From assembly GCF_013149785.1 (NCBI RefSeq), contig NZ_JABEZU010000002.1:248001-312000 (forward strand): a stretch of DNA of 64,000 nt, written 5' to 3'. A model generated the notes under the pieces. That model searched no databases. It had not been told where the DNA came from and saw only the letters and a list, made by a program, of their open reading frames with translations. Origin of the DNA: Isoptericola halotolerans. Lineage in GTDB: Bacteria > Actinomycetota > Actinomycetes > Actinomycetales > Cellulomonadaceae. Below, in pieces: positions 1-9,654 of the stretch (positions are counted from its first letter, which is position 1; every line of letters begins with the position of its first letter). The position numbers were made by a program, and so were the translations under genes.

Positions 1-678
1 CCGTCGGTGCCCCAGGCGGCGGTGAAGGTCCTCACGGCCGCGGGCTACGACGTCGTCGTCCCCGACCAGCAGGCGTGCTGCGGGCTGACCTGGATCTCCA
101 CGGGCCAGCTCGACGGCGCGCGGCGCCGGCTGTCCTCGCTGCTGTCCGTCCTCGGCCCGTACGCGGTCAACGGGATCCCGATCCTCGGCCTGGAGCCGTC
201 GTGCACGGCGGTGCTGCGCTCGGACCTGCTGGACCTGTTCCCGGACGACCCGCGCGCCACGGCCGTGGCCGGGGCGACGAAGACCCTCGCCGAGCTGCTG
301 ACCGACCCCTCCACGGCCCCCGCCGAGGACTCGGGCTGGGAGCTGCCGGACCTCAGCGACATCACCGCCGTCGTGCAGCCGCACTGCCACCAGCACTCGG
401 TGATGGGCTTCGGCGAGGACCGTTCGCTGCTGGCCGACGCCGGGGCGACGGTCACCGAGCTCGCCGGGTGCTGCGGGCTGGCGGGGAACTTCGGCATGCA
501 GAAGGGCCACTACGACGTGTCGGTCGCCGTGGCGGAGAACGCGCTGCTGCCGGCGCTGCGGGCACGGGGCGACGGCGAGCAGTACATCGCGGACGGGTTC
601 TCGTGCCGTCTCCAGGCGGTCCAGCTCGAGGGCGTCGAGGGCAAGGCGCTCGTGGAGGTCCTCGCCGAGCGGCTCTGA
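1..678 (+). CDS. C-terminal part of an FAD-linked/(Fe-S)-binding oxidoreductase (CCG domains), truncated by the window edge
   Basis: ACCG, EPSC, QPHCHQ, GCCGLAGNFG and DGFSCRLQ motifs. Confidence 0.85.
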   Translation, partial: PSVPQAAVKVLTAAGYDVVVPDQQACCGLTWISTGQLDGARRRLSSLLSVLGPYAVNGIPILGLEPSCTAVLRSDLLDLFPDDPRATAVAGATKTLAELLTDPSTAPAEDSGWELPDLSDITAVVQPHCHQHSVMGFGEDRSLLADAGATVTELAGCCGLAGNFGMQKGHYDVSVAVAENALLPALRARGDGEQYIADGFSCRLQAVQLEGVEGKALVEVLAERL

Positions 679-714
679 CCTACCGGTCAGGCGGCCTCCT
701 GGGAGGATGCGGTC

Positions 715-1320
715 ATGGAGTTCCGTGACGTGGTCCGACAGCGGCGCATGGTCCGCCGCTTCAGCGGTGAGCCGGTCGACCCGGAGACGGTCGACCGGCT
801 GCTGGACCATGCGGTCCGGGCCCCGAGCGCCGGGTTCACGCAGGGCTGGTCGTTCCTGGTGCTGACCACCGACGAGGAGCGTGACCGGTTCTGGGCGGCA
901 GCCACCCCGCCGGACTCGGCCCGCGACCTGTCGACCTGGCTGGCCGGGATGCGCACGGCGCCGGTGCTGATCGTGGCCCTGACCTCGAAGACGGCGTACG
1001 TCGGCCGGTACGCCGAGCCGGACAAGGGCTGGACGGACCGGGACGAGGCGCGCTGGCCCGTGCCGTACTGGCACGTCGACGCGGGCATGGCGTCGCTGCT
1101 CATGCTGCAGACCGCCGTGGACGAGGGTCTCGGTGCGTGCTTCTTCGGTGTCGACGGCGGCCGGGTGGCTGCCTTCCGGGACGCGTTCGACGTGCCGCAG
1201 GAGTGGTCGCCCACCGGGGTGGTCGCCGTCGGGCACCCGGAGGCCGGGGGAGCGAAGGGCTCCCCGGCACGCCGCCGCCGCAAGCCGATGGACGACGTCG
1301 TGCACCGCGGGGCCTGGTGA
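715..1320 (+). CDS. nitroreductase family protein
   Basis: RQRRMVRRF, APSAGFTQGW, DAGMA..LLQTAVDEGLGACF. Confidence 0.9.
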   Translation: MEFRDVVRQRRMVRRFSGEPVDPETVDRLLDHAVRAPSAGFTQGWSFLVLTTDEERDRFWAAATPPDSARDLSTWLAGMRTAPVLIVALTSKTAYVGRYAEPDKGWTDRDEARWPVPYWHVDAGMASLLMLQTAVDEGLGACFFGVDGGRVAAFRDAFDVPQEWSPTGVVAVGHPEAGGAKGSPARRRRKPMDDVVHRGAW

Positions 1321-1324
1321 GGCG

Positions 1325-2743
1325 TCAGACGCACGACGCCAGCCGCGCCACCGCCTCCTCCAACCGGGCGTCGACGAGGTTGCCGTAGCCGAGCACCAGC
1401 GTCCGCGACCGGGCAGAGGGCCGCACCTGGTAGCGCCGCAGGTCCACGACGCCCACGTCGTGCGCCGCGGCGGCCCGCACCACCTCGGCCGCGTCCGGCG
1501 CCGACGCGGGAAGGTCCAGCACGGCGTGCAGCCCCGCGGCCATCCCGCCGAGCCGGGCACCCGGCAGCGCCGCACGGACGGCCGCGGCGAGCGCGTCGTG
1601 CCGACGCCGGTACCGTCCCCGCGCGGCACGCAGGTGGCGGTCGTAGCCGCCGTCGGTGAGGAACCGGGCGAAGGTCAGCTGCTCCACCACCGACGGCGGC
1701 CCGGCCTGCCCGGCCCCGGACACCGCCGCCCGCCACGTCTCGGGCAGCACCATCCACCCGATCCCGAACGCCGGTGACATCGTCTTGCTGACCGACCCGA
1801 GGAGGACCACCCGGTCCGGGTCGAGCCGTTGCAGGGCCGCGACGGGCCGACGGTCGTAGCGGAACTCGGCGTCGTAGTCGTCCTCGATCACCAGCCCGTC
1901 CACCGATCGAGCCCAGCCCAGCACGGCGTCCCGGCGGTCCCCGGCCAGGGCGACCCCGGTCGGGAACTGGTGCGCGGGGGTGAGCAGCAGCGCCCGCGCG
2001 CCGGTCCGTGCCGCGGCTTCCGTGAGCCGGTGGACGTCGATCCCGCCGCCGTCCACCGGCACCGGCACGGGTTCGAGGCCACCGCGGCGGGCCACGTCGC
2101 GCAGCACCGGCCACGACGGGTCCTCCACGAGCAGGTGGGTGTGCCCGGCGGCGTGCAACGCCGCCACGACGCGGCCCATCGCGTCGGTGGCGCCACGCGT
2201 GACGACGACGGCGGTGTCCGGAGCGTCGACCAGCCGCGCTCGTCGCAGGTGGGCCACGACGGCGGCGCGGGCGGCCGGGTGCCCTGCACCGGGAGAGGTG
2301 GCGAGGTCGTCGTTGGTCGCGATCGCCAGTGCCTCCCGGGCCGCCTTGAGCCAGGTGTCGCGGGGCACGTGCCGCAGGTCGGGGACGCCCGGACGCAGGT
2401 CGAACCGCGGGCGCGGGGGCAGGGCCTGCACGGCGCCCGACCGCGGTGCGGCGCCCGACGGCGTCGGGCCGGGTTGGCCGGGTGCCACGCGGGTCCCGGC
2501 GCCGACGCGGGCGTCGAGCACCCCCTCGGCGACCAGCTGCCCGTAGGCCTCGGTGACGACCCATCGCGAGATGCCGAGCGACTCGGCGAGCCGCCGGCTG
2601 GCCGGGAGCGTGGCACCGGCGGGGAGACGTCCGGAGCCGACGGCGTCACGCAGGGCGCGTTCGAGGCGCACCACGAGCGGCCCCGGGCCGTGCTCGAGGT
2701 CGAGCAGGGTCTCCCAGGCCAGAGTGGTCTGGTCAGCGGCCAT
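1325..2743 (-). CDS. MocR/GabR family regulator (GntR HTH plus PLP aminotransferase-like domain)
   Basis: LPASRRLAESLGISRWVVTEAYGQL, TPAHQFPTG, IEDDYDAEFRY, GSVSK; start placed at ATG 2743 inside the longer ORF. Confidence 0.9.
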   Translation of the reverse strand: MAADQTTLAWETLLDLEHGPGPLVVRLERALRDAVGSGRLPAGATLPASRRLAESLGISRWVVTEAYGQLVAEGVLDARVGAGTRVAPGQPGPTPSGAAPRSGAVQALPPRPRFDLRPGVPDLRHVPRDTWLKAAREALAIATNDDLATSPGAGHPAARAAVVAHLRRARLVDAPDTAVVVTRGATDAMGRVVAALHAAGHTHLLVEDPSWPVLRDVARRGGLEPVPVPVDGGGIDVHRLTEAAARTGARALLLTPAHQFPTGVALAGDRRDAVLGWARSVDGLVIEDDYDAEFRYDRRPVAALQRLDPDRVVLLGSVSKTMSPAFGIGWMVLPETWRAAVSGAGQAGPPSVVEQLTFARFLTDGGYDRHLRAARGRYRRRHDALAAAVRAALPGARLGGMAAGLHAVLDLPASAPDAAEVVRAAAAHDVGVVDLRRYQVRPSARSRTLVLGYGNLVDARLEEAVARLASCV

Positions 2744-2821
2744 CACAATGGACCGTACACCCAGACCGATCTCTCCGTAGCGTCGGTGACGACCACCCGA
2801 TCTCGGCACCACGGAGACACC

Positions 2822-3802
2822 ATGCGTTACCGCACCATCAGCAACGGCTCCACCTCCTTCGAGGTGAGCACACTGTGCCTGGGCACCATGTGGTTCGGCA
2901 CGCACACCGACGAGAAGACCGCGCGCGCCATCCTCGACCGTTTTCTCGAGGCGGGCGGCACGTTCCTCGACACGTCCAACAACTACAACGGCTGGGACGG
3001 CGGGCACGGCCGCGACAGCGAGGACGTCCTCGGCCGCTGGCTCGCCGACCGGCGAGCGCGGGACCAGGTCCGCATCGCCACGAAGGTGGGCGCCGCGAAG
3101 AAGGACCCGAGCCTCCCGTTGCGGCACGACCCGCCGGCCAACTACCAGGGCCTCGGCGCCGAGACCATCGCCGCCGAGGCTCGCGAGAGCCTGCGCCACC
3201 TCGGCGTCGACCGTCTCGACGCCTACTACGGGCACGTCGACGACTACGGGACGCCGCTCGCCGAGACCGTCGGCGCGTTCGGCACGCTGCAGGCCGAAGG
3301 GCTGGTGGGCATCTCCGGGATCTCCAACGTGGCTCTGCACCGCCTGGTCGAGGCCCGCGAGGAGGCGGTCCGTCAGGGTGTGGCGCCGTACGGGCTGGTG
3401 CAGCAGCAGCGCACCTACCCCTACCCGCGCCCCGACGTCGGGCGGCACAACTGGGCCTCGGCCGAGATGCTCGACTACGCCCGCGCGTCTTCGCAGGCGG
3501 GCAGCCCTCTCGCCGTCGTGGCCTACTCGCCGCTCATGCAGGGCGCGCTGCTGCGTGACGACAAGCCGCTCTGGGACGGCTTCGACCACCCCACCACCCA
3601 CGAGCGGCTGCGGGTGCTGCGCGAGGTGGCGGCCGAGACCGGCGCGACGGTGCACCAGGTGGTCCTCGCCTGGCTCCTCGGCGGGGAGGTGCCCGTCATC
3701 CCGGTCATCGGTGCCAGCAGCGTGGCGCAGCTCGACGAGCTCCTCGGCGCCGCGGACCTCGACCTCGACCCCGTGTCGCGCGCCCGGCTCGACACGGTCT
3801 GA
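2822..3802 (+). CDS. aldo/keto reductase (copy 1)
   Basis: LCLGTM, DTSNNY, IATK, YYGH, YSPL; GGAGA RBS upstream. Confidence 0.9.
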   Translation: MRYRTISNGSTSFEVSTLCLGTMWFGTHTDEKTARAILDRFLEAGGTFLDTSNNYNGWDGGHGRDSEDVLGRWLADRRARDQVRIATKVGAAKKDPSLPLRHDPPANYQGLGAETIAAEARESLRHLGVDRLDAYYGHVDDYGTPLAETVGAFGTLQAEGLVGISGISNVALHRLVEAREEAVRQGVAPYGLVQQQRTYPYPRPDVGRHNWASAEMLDYARASSQAGSPLAVVAYSPLMQGALLRDDKPLWDGFDHPTTHERLRVLREVAAETGATVHQVVLAWLLGGEVPVIPVIGASSVAQLDELLGAADLDLDPVSRARLDTV

Positions 3803-3826
3803 ACACACCACGGACGGAGAAGATCC

Positions 3827-4801
3827 ATGCGCTATCGCACCATCGGAGACGGGGACCGCGCCTTCGAGGTCTCCACCCTGTGCCTCGGCACCATGAACCT
3901 GGGCACGGTCGTCGACGAGGAGACCTCGTTCGCGATCCTCGACCGGTTCGTCGAGGCGGGCGGGACCTTCCTCGACACCGCCAACAACTACGCGTACTGG
4001 CAGGGCGGTCACGGCCGGGACAGCGAGGACCTGCTGGGCCGCTGGCTCGCCTCGCGGGGCGTGCGCGACCAGGTCCGGATCGCCACCAAGCTGGGGGCCG
4101 GCCCTCGCGACCCCGGGCTCCCTGTCGCGCCCGACAACTTCGAGGGGCTGTCCGCCCGGGTGATCGAGCACGAGTCGGCGACGAGCCTGCGTCATCTGGG
4201 GATCGACCGCATCGACCTGCTGTACGGGCACTACGACGACCCCGCGACCCCGCTCGCCGAGACGGTCGGCGCCTTCGGCAAGCTGCAGGCCGCGGGGGAC
4301 GTCGGGCTGACCGGCATCTCCAACATCGCGCTGTGGCGGCTGATGGAGGCCCGCGCCGAGGCCGAACGTCAGGGCGTCCCGCCCTACGCCGTCGTCCAGC
4401 AGCAGTACTCGTACGTCTACCCGCGGCCCTCGTGGCGCCGCCACCCGTGGGCGAGCCGCGAGCTGCTCGACCTCGCGGCGTCCACGGGGGTGCCGGGCCG
4501 CCCGTCGCTGACCGTGGTGGGCTACGGGCCGTTGCAGGCCGGTGCCCTCATGCGTGACGACAGGGGGCTGTACCACGGTGCCGACCACCCCGGGTCGGTC
4601 CACCGGGTCGAGGTGCTGCGCGAGGTGGCCCGCGAGATCGGTGCGACCCCCGCCCAGGTGGCGCTCGCCTGGATGCTCGGCGACGACGAGCCCGTGGTGC
4701 CGGTGACCGGACCGAGCTCGGTCGAACAGCTCGACGAGCTCCTCGGCGCGGTGCACCTCGACCTGCCGGACGAGATCAGAGAACGGTTGGACGCCGCCTG
4801 A
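3827..4801 (+). CDS. aldo/keto reductase (copy 2, tandem paralog)
   Basis: Same motifs (DTANNY, IATK, LYGH); colinear with copy 1. Confidence 0.9.
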   Translation: MRYRTIGDGDRAFEVSTLCLGTMNLGTVVDEETSFAILDRFVEAGGTFLDTANNYAYWQGGHGRDSEDLLGRWLASRGVRDQVRIATKLGAGPRDPGLPVAPDNFEGLSARVIEHESATSLRHLGIDRIDLLYGHYDDPATPLAETVGAFGKLQAAGDVGLTGISNIALWRLMEARAEAERQGVPPYAVVQQQYSYVYPRPSWRRHPWASRELLDLAASTGVPGRPSLTVVGYGPLQAGALMRDDRGLYHGADHPGSVHRVEVLREVAREIGATPAQVALAWMLGDDEPVVPVTGPSSVEQLDELLGAVHLDLPDEIRERLDAA

Positions 4802-4805
4802 CGGC

Positions 4806-5510
4806 TCAGAGGAGTCGCGCGCGGAGCGCGGCCGGGAGCCCGGCCCAGTCGTCGATCGTGTCGAGGTCGGCGGCGCTCCCGGTGCGGTGCACGACGGCGG
4901 AGGTCAGGCCGCGCGCGGCGGCCTCCGCCTCGTGCGCCGCCCGGGACCCTGGACCGAACCGGAAGCTGAACCCGTCGCCGTCGTCGTGCCCGCCCAGGGG
5001 CACGGACAGCAGGTTGGTGCCGGTCGCGTGCCGGTCGGTGGCCACGACGACGTCCGCGTCCGCTGTCAGGACCGCTCCGACGTCGTCACCGGTCAGGAGG
5101 GGCAGGTCGGCGTGGACCACCAGCATCCGGTCGGCACCCAGGCGCCGGGCTCGCTCGCGGGCGTGGTCGAGGGCGCCGTTCAGGCCGGGGCGACCGTCCG
5201 GTTCGCGGATCACGTCGGCAGTTCGTGATCTGACCGGCAGTCCGGACTGCCGGTCAGAAGACGAACTGCCGGTCAGACCGGGGGCAGCCCCGCTGAGCAC
5301 GGCGTCGACGAACGGCACGTCCGCTGTCACGACCACCACGCCGACCAGACGCTCGTCCGCGACCAGCACGTCCACGACGTGCCGGGCCAGCGCGACGACC
5401 AACCGCCGTCGGGCACCCGGGTCCAGGGCTGCGGCGAGACGCGACTTGCCCGAGACGCCGTCCCGCAGCGGGACCACCGCGACCGAACCGGCAGCGAACC
5501 GGCTCGTCAC
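4806..5510 (-). CDS. cofC: 2-phospho-L-lactate/PEP guanylyltransferase (F420 pathway)
   Basis: VVPLR..GKSRL, ADLP, GTN, FGPGS, DLDT..D; overlaps cofD. Confidence 0.85.
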   Translation of the reverse strand: MTSRFAAGSVAVVPLRDGVSGKSRLAAALDPGARRRLVVALARHVVDVLVADERLVGVVVVTADVPFVDAVLSGAAPGLTGSSSSDRQSGLPVRSRTADVIREPDGRPGLNGALDHARERARRLGADRMLVVHADLPLLTGDDVGAVLTADADVVVATDRHATGTNLLSVPLGGHDDGDGFSFRFGPGSRAAHEAEAAARGLTSAVVHRTGSAADLDTIDDWAGLPAALRARLL

Positions 5511-6463
5511 CGGTGCGGTCCGCCAGGGCGCAGCAGCTCGCGGGCCAGGCGCTCGCGGCCGGCGGGCCCGCCCATGATCGTGTCGGTCACCAGCACCTCG
5601 AACCCGAGATCCTCGATCGGTGCGGCCAGCGCGGCGTCGGCCGTGTCGATCACCATGACGTCCACGAGACCGGTGTACAGCCGGGCGACGCCCAACGCCG
5701 AGACATCGTGACCGAGCGTCTCGAGGATCTGCGCGGCCGGCCCCTTGATCGCCCGCCCACCGACGATCGGGCTCACCGCGACCCGCCGGGCACGGGACGA
5801 CCGCAACGCCTCACGCACCCCCGGCACGGCCAGCACGGGCTCGACGGAGAGGAACGGGTTCGACGGCGCGACCACGAGCAGGGCGGCGTCCGACACCGCG
5901 TCGAGCACGCCGGGCGCCGGTCCCGCGGCGTCGACGCCCTCGAAGGTCAGGCCCAGCACGGCGTCGGCGTGCTGCCGGCGCACGAAGTACTCCTGGAAGG
6001 CCAGCGTGCCCGACGGCGTGGACACCAGGGTGCGGACCCGGTCGTCCGTCACGGGCAGCAGCCGGGCGTCGATCCCGAGCGCCGCCGCGAGCCGCGCCGT
6101 GACGGTGCTCAACGGCTCGCCGGCCCGCAGCCGTGCGGTCCGCACCACGTGCGTGGCCAGGTCCTTGTCCCCGAGCGTGAACCAGGTGTCCTCGCCGAGC
6201 CGTTCGAGCTGCGCCAGGGTGGCGTACGACTCCCCGGTGAGTCCCCAGCCGCGCTCCTCGTCGTTGAGACCCGCCAGGGTGTACATCACCGTGTCGAGGT
6301 CCGGGGAGACGTGCAGCCCGTGGCGCTCGGTGTCGTCGCCGACGTTGACGACGCACGTCAGCGCGAGCTCGTTCTCCGAGGGCGAGCTCGCGGCCAGCGC
6401 GAACCCGTGCGCGAGCCGGGCGCCGCCGACGCCACCGGCCAGGACCGTCACCGAGGTACTCAT
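5507..6463 (-). CDS. cofD: 2-phospho-L-lactate transferase (F420 pathway)
   Basis: LAGGVGGA, SPDLDTVMYTLAG, FQEYFVR, PSNPFLS, SPIVGG..IKGPA. Confidence 0.92.
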   Translation of the reverse strand: MSTSVTVLAGGVGGARLAHGFALAASSPSENELALTCVVNVGDDTERHGLHVSPDLDTVMYTLAGLNDEERGWGLTGESYATLAQLERLGEDTWFTLGDKDLATHVVRTARLRAGEPLSTVTARLAAALGIDARLLPVTDDRVRTLVSTPSGTLAFQEYFVRRQHADAVLGLTFEGVDAAGPAPGVLDAVSDAALLVVAPSNPFLSVEPVLAVPGVREALRSSRARRVAVSPIVGGRAIKGPAAQILETLGHDVSALGVARLYTGLVDVMVIDTADAALAAPIEDLGFEVLVTDTIMGGPAGRERLARELLRPGGPHR

Positions 6464-6503
6464 CGGCTCGAGCGTAGACGGCCCCACGAGGCATGATGGA
6501 CGC

Positions 6504-6824
6504 ATGGCCGTCTTCGCGTTCTCCGTGTCCCCGCTCGGCGCCGGCGAGTCCGTCGCAGGCCCTGTCGCCGAGGCCGTCCGCATCGTCCGCGAGTCCGGGC
6601 TGCCGCACCGGACCACCTCGATGTTCACCGAGGTCGAGGGGGAGTGGGACGAGGTGATGCCGGTGATCCAGCGCGCCACCGAGGCCGTCGGCGCCGGCGG
6701 TCACCGGGTCTCGCTCGTGCTCAAGGCCGACATCCGTCCGGGCTACACCGGGCAGCTCGACGCCAAGGTCCGACGGGTCGAGGAGGCCCTCGCGGCCGAC
6801 GAGGAGGCCAACGGGCACGCGTGA
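6504..6824 (+). CDS. MTH1187/YkoF-like thiamine-binding protein
   Basis: AFSVSPLG..SV..VAEAVRIVRESGL..TSMFTEVEGEWDEVM..LKADIRPG. Confidence 0.85.
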   Translation: MAVFAFSVSPLGAGESVAGPVAEAVRIVRESGLPHRTTSMFTEVEGEWDEVMPVIQRATEAVGAGGHRVSLVLKADIRPGYTGQLDAKVRRVEEALAADEEANGHA

Positions 6825-6929
6825 CCGTGGTCACCCACCTGGGGTGTTGCAGGTCACCTGACGTCGCGCCGTAGGCTATGCGGCACACGACACCGGGTCG
6901 TGGACGAGAACCGGGGAGAAGTCAGCGCG

Positions 6930-8624
6930 ATGCCACTGTTCGAGGTCGACGCCAGCAGGCCGCTCCTCGTGCAGTCCGGGCGGGCTCCGGGCGGCACCGA
7001 GCCAGGTCTCGGGACCACTGCGCACCGCGTCGTGGACTCGCACATCGACGGGCTCCTCGGCGAGCAGATCTTCCCCGTCGCGCAGGGCGTGGGCCCCGAC
7101 GAGCCGCACCTGCTGGCCCTCGACGCGACCGGCTCGCCCGTCGTCGTCGAGCTGGTCGCCGAGCTCGACCGCCCGGCGCTGACCCGCGCGCTCGACCACG
7201 CGGGGTGGGCTGGCCGACTCACGCGCGGCGAGCTGGCGTCGCGGTACCACGGCGGCCCGAACGCCTTCCAGCGGGACGTGGCCTCGTTCTACGACTCCGT
7301 ACCGATCACGCGGTCCCAGCCGGGGCGTTCCAGCGCACGCCTGATCATCATCTGCCAGGACGCCGGCGAGGAGATCCTCAACGCCGTCGACTTCCTGCGC
7401 CAGCCCACGATGCCCGTCGAGGTGCTCAAGATGGGCGTCGTGCACAGCCAGGACGGTCGCCGCTTCGTGGACGTGTCCCCCCTGGTGATCCATCCCGCCT
7501 CCACCCCGGCAGCCCCGCGACTGTCCGGCACGGCCCCTGCCGCGGACCCGCGTGCCGGGTCCGCGGCGTCGCCGGCTGCCGAACCCGAGTCGTTCGCCGA
7601 AGGGGTCAAGGTGGGCATCGCGCTCACCGGCAAGCAGCCGGCCGTCGCCCAGCCCTCTGCAGCCGACCACGCCGACGAGAACCGGCCGGCTCCGGTGGCA
7701 CGTCCGAGCCGTGCGGCGCGGAGCCGGGGCGACGTCCGCGACGACGTCGCGCCGCCGCCGCGCACCCGTGCCGGCCGGCGGACCGCGGCCGGCACCAGCA
7801 GCCTGTCGCTCCCGTCCGTCCGCGCCGACGTCCCCCCGCCGCCCGCGGCCTCACCGCCGCCGCCCGCACCGCGACCCGCCCCGGCGCCCCGCCGCTCCCG
7901 CAGGGACCGGTTCACCGCGCAGCCCCAGCAGCCGTCGCCCGAGCTCGCAGCCTTCACCGCAGCCTCGGCCGGCTCAGCGGAGGACCTCGACCTGGCCGAG
8001 CTGGCGCGCCGCACCACCAGCTCGGCGGCGAGCACCGACACCCCCGGCCTTGGGGAGGACTTCGCGCGCTACACCGCCCCGGCCCTCGACCTGCCGCCCG
8101 CACCCCCGACGCCACCGACCGCCCGGCAGGAGCCGGCGCCGTGGGAGCCCCCCGCTCAGCGGTGGGACGACCCGCTCAACGACCCGGCGCCCTACGGCTC
8201 CACGAGCTGGGAACCGTCCACGCCGTCCGGCTGGACGAACGCCTCCGACGACCTGCCGCGCCTCGAGGTGCCCCCGCTGGAGGCGCCGTCGTACACGCCG
8301 CCTCCGGAGCGAGGGCTCTACGACACGGCGGAGCGAGCACCCGTGACGTTCGACGACGAGATCGACGGGGACCTCATCGCGCTCGCCTCGACGCTCCACC
8401 GCCCGACCCGGCTGGTGTGGTCCCGCCCGCGGCGTCGACAGCACTTCGAGGCGGTGCTGCACCCCGACGGCGTCATCGAGCTGGCCGACGGCGGGCGCTT
8501 CCAGCACCCGGACCACGCGGCCAGCGCCGCCAGCGGCACGCCGACCGACGACGGGTGGAACGTCTGGCACCTCGCCCCGGACGGCCCCTCGCTGCTGGAC
8601 GCCTACCGCGCACGGTTCGCCTGA
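6930..8624 (+). CDS. multidomain protein: degenerate NucS-like PD-(D/E)xK domain, Pro/Ala-rich linker, C-terminal RAMA-like domain
   Basis: HLLALDATGSPVVVEL..RALDHAGW at the N-terminus; DGVIELADG.RF.HP..AA..DGWNVW at the C-terminus; GGGGAG RBS upstream. Confidence 0.65.
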   Translation: MPLFEVDASRPLLVQSGRAPGGTEPGLGTTAHRVVDSHIDGLLGEQIFPVAQGVGPDEPHLLALDATGSPVVVELVAELDRPALTRALDHAGWAGRLTRGELASRYHGGPNAFQRDVASFYDSVPITRSQPGRSSARLIIICQDAGEEILNAVDFLRQPTMPVEVLKMGVVHSQDGRRFVDVSPLVIHPASTPAAPRLSGTAPAADPRAGSAASPAAEPESFAEGVKVGIALTGKQPAVAQPSAADHADENRPAPVARPSRAARSRGDVRDDVAPPPRTRAGRRTAAGTSSLSLPSVRADVPPPPAASPPPPAPRPAPAPRRSRRDRFTAQPQQPSPELAAFTAASAGSAEDLDLAELARRTTSSAASTDTPGLGEDFARYTAPALDLPPAPPTPPTARQEPAPWEPPAQRWDDPLNDPAPYGSTSWEPSTPSGWTNASDDLPRLEVPPLEAPSYTPPPERGLYDTAERAPVTFDDEIDGDLIALASTLHRPTRLVWSRPRRRQHFEAVLHPDGVIELADGGRFQHPDHAASAASGTPTDDGWNVWHLAPDGPSLLDAYRARFA

Positions 8625-8643
8625 CGCCTCCGTCCGCCGCAGC

Positions 8644-9603
8644 TCAGGGGACGACGACGATCTTCCCCGTCTGCTCCCCGGCGGCCATCCGTGCCAGGCC
8701 GGTGCCGACGTCGGCCAACGAGACCTCCGAGTCGACGACGGGCCGCACGCCGGTCCGGGCGCAGAACCGCAGCAGGGCGGCGAGGTCGTCCCGCGAGCCC
8801 ATCGTGACGCCCTGGACCCGGATCTCGGAGAAGAACACCCGCGTGAGCTCGGCCGGCGGGGCATCGCCGCTCGTGGCCCCGCACACGACGATCACCCCAC
8901 CCGGGCGCACCGAGCGCACCGAGTGCGCCCAGGTCGCCTCGCCGACGGACTCCACGACCGCGTCGACCCGCGCGGGGAGGCGCTCCCCGGTCGCCACGGC
9001 GTGCGCCGCGCCGAGCTCCAGGGCACGCGCCCGCCTGGACTCGTCGCGGGAGGTGACGGTGACCTCCAGGCCGGCGGCGGCGCCCAGCACGGTCGCGGCG
9101 GTGGCGACGCCGCCACCCGCCCCCTGGACGAGCACCCGGTCGCCCGGCCGCAGCGCCGCGGCCCCGAAGAGCATCCGGTAGGCCGTCAGCCACGCCGTCG
9201 GCAGGCAGGCCGCCTCGGCGAACGTGAGCTCCGCCGGCTTGGGCACGAGGTTCGCCGTCGGGACGGCGACGCGCTCGGCGAGCGTGCCGGGGTAGCGCTC
9301 GGAGAGCAGGGACCGGTGCTCCCGCGGTCCGACCCCGTGACCGTCGGCGCCGATCACGCCGTGGAGCACGACCTCCGAGCCGTCGGGCGCGACACCGGCC
9401 GCGTCGGTGCCGAGGATCATCGGGAGCTGTTCGGCCCGGAGACCGACGCCGCGCAGGGACCACAGGTCGTGGTGGTTGAGGCTGGCGGCCCGCACCTCGA
9501 CGGTCGTCCAGTGCTCTCGCGCGGTGGGTTCGGGGCGGTCGGTCACCTCCAGCCCGTCGAGCGGGCGTTCGGGGGAGAAGCGGGCGACGGTGGCAGCGAG
9601 CAT
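8644..9603 (-). CDS. MDR-family NADPH:quinone oxidoreductase-like dehydrogenase
   Basis: ASLNHHDLW, LPTAWLTAYRML, VQGAGGGVA, GKIVV. Confidence 0.88.
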   Translation of the reverse strand: MLAATVARFSPERPLDGLEVTDRPEPTAREHWTTVEVRAASLNHHDLWSLRGVGLRAEQLPMILGTDAAGVAPDGSEVVLHGVIGADGHGVGPREHRSLLSERYPGTLAERVAVPTANLVPKPAELTFAEAACLPTAWLTAYRMLFGAAALRPGDRVLVQGAGGGVATAATVLGAAAGLEVTVTSRDESRRARALELGAAHAVATGERLPARVDAVVESVGEATWAHSVRSVRPGGVIVVCGATSGDAPPAELTRVFFSEIRVQGVTMGSRDDLAALLRFCARTGVRPVVDSEVSLADVGTGLARMAAGEQTGKIVVVP

Positions 9604-9654
9604 GGTCTCAACGTAGAGGATGTGGTGTCGCCGGGGGCCACTATGTTGGTCGGC

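Noticed and set aside
1325..4756. 1143-aa minus-strand ORF read as one giant protein
   Set aside because: Only 1325-2743 is MocR-like; the rest is the antisense shadow of the two AKR genes
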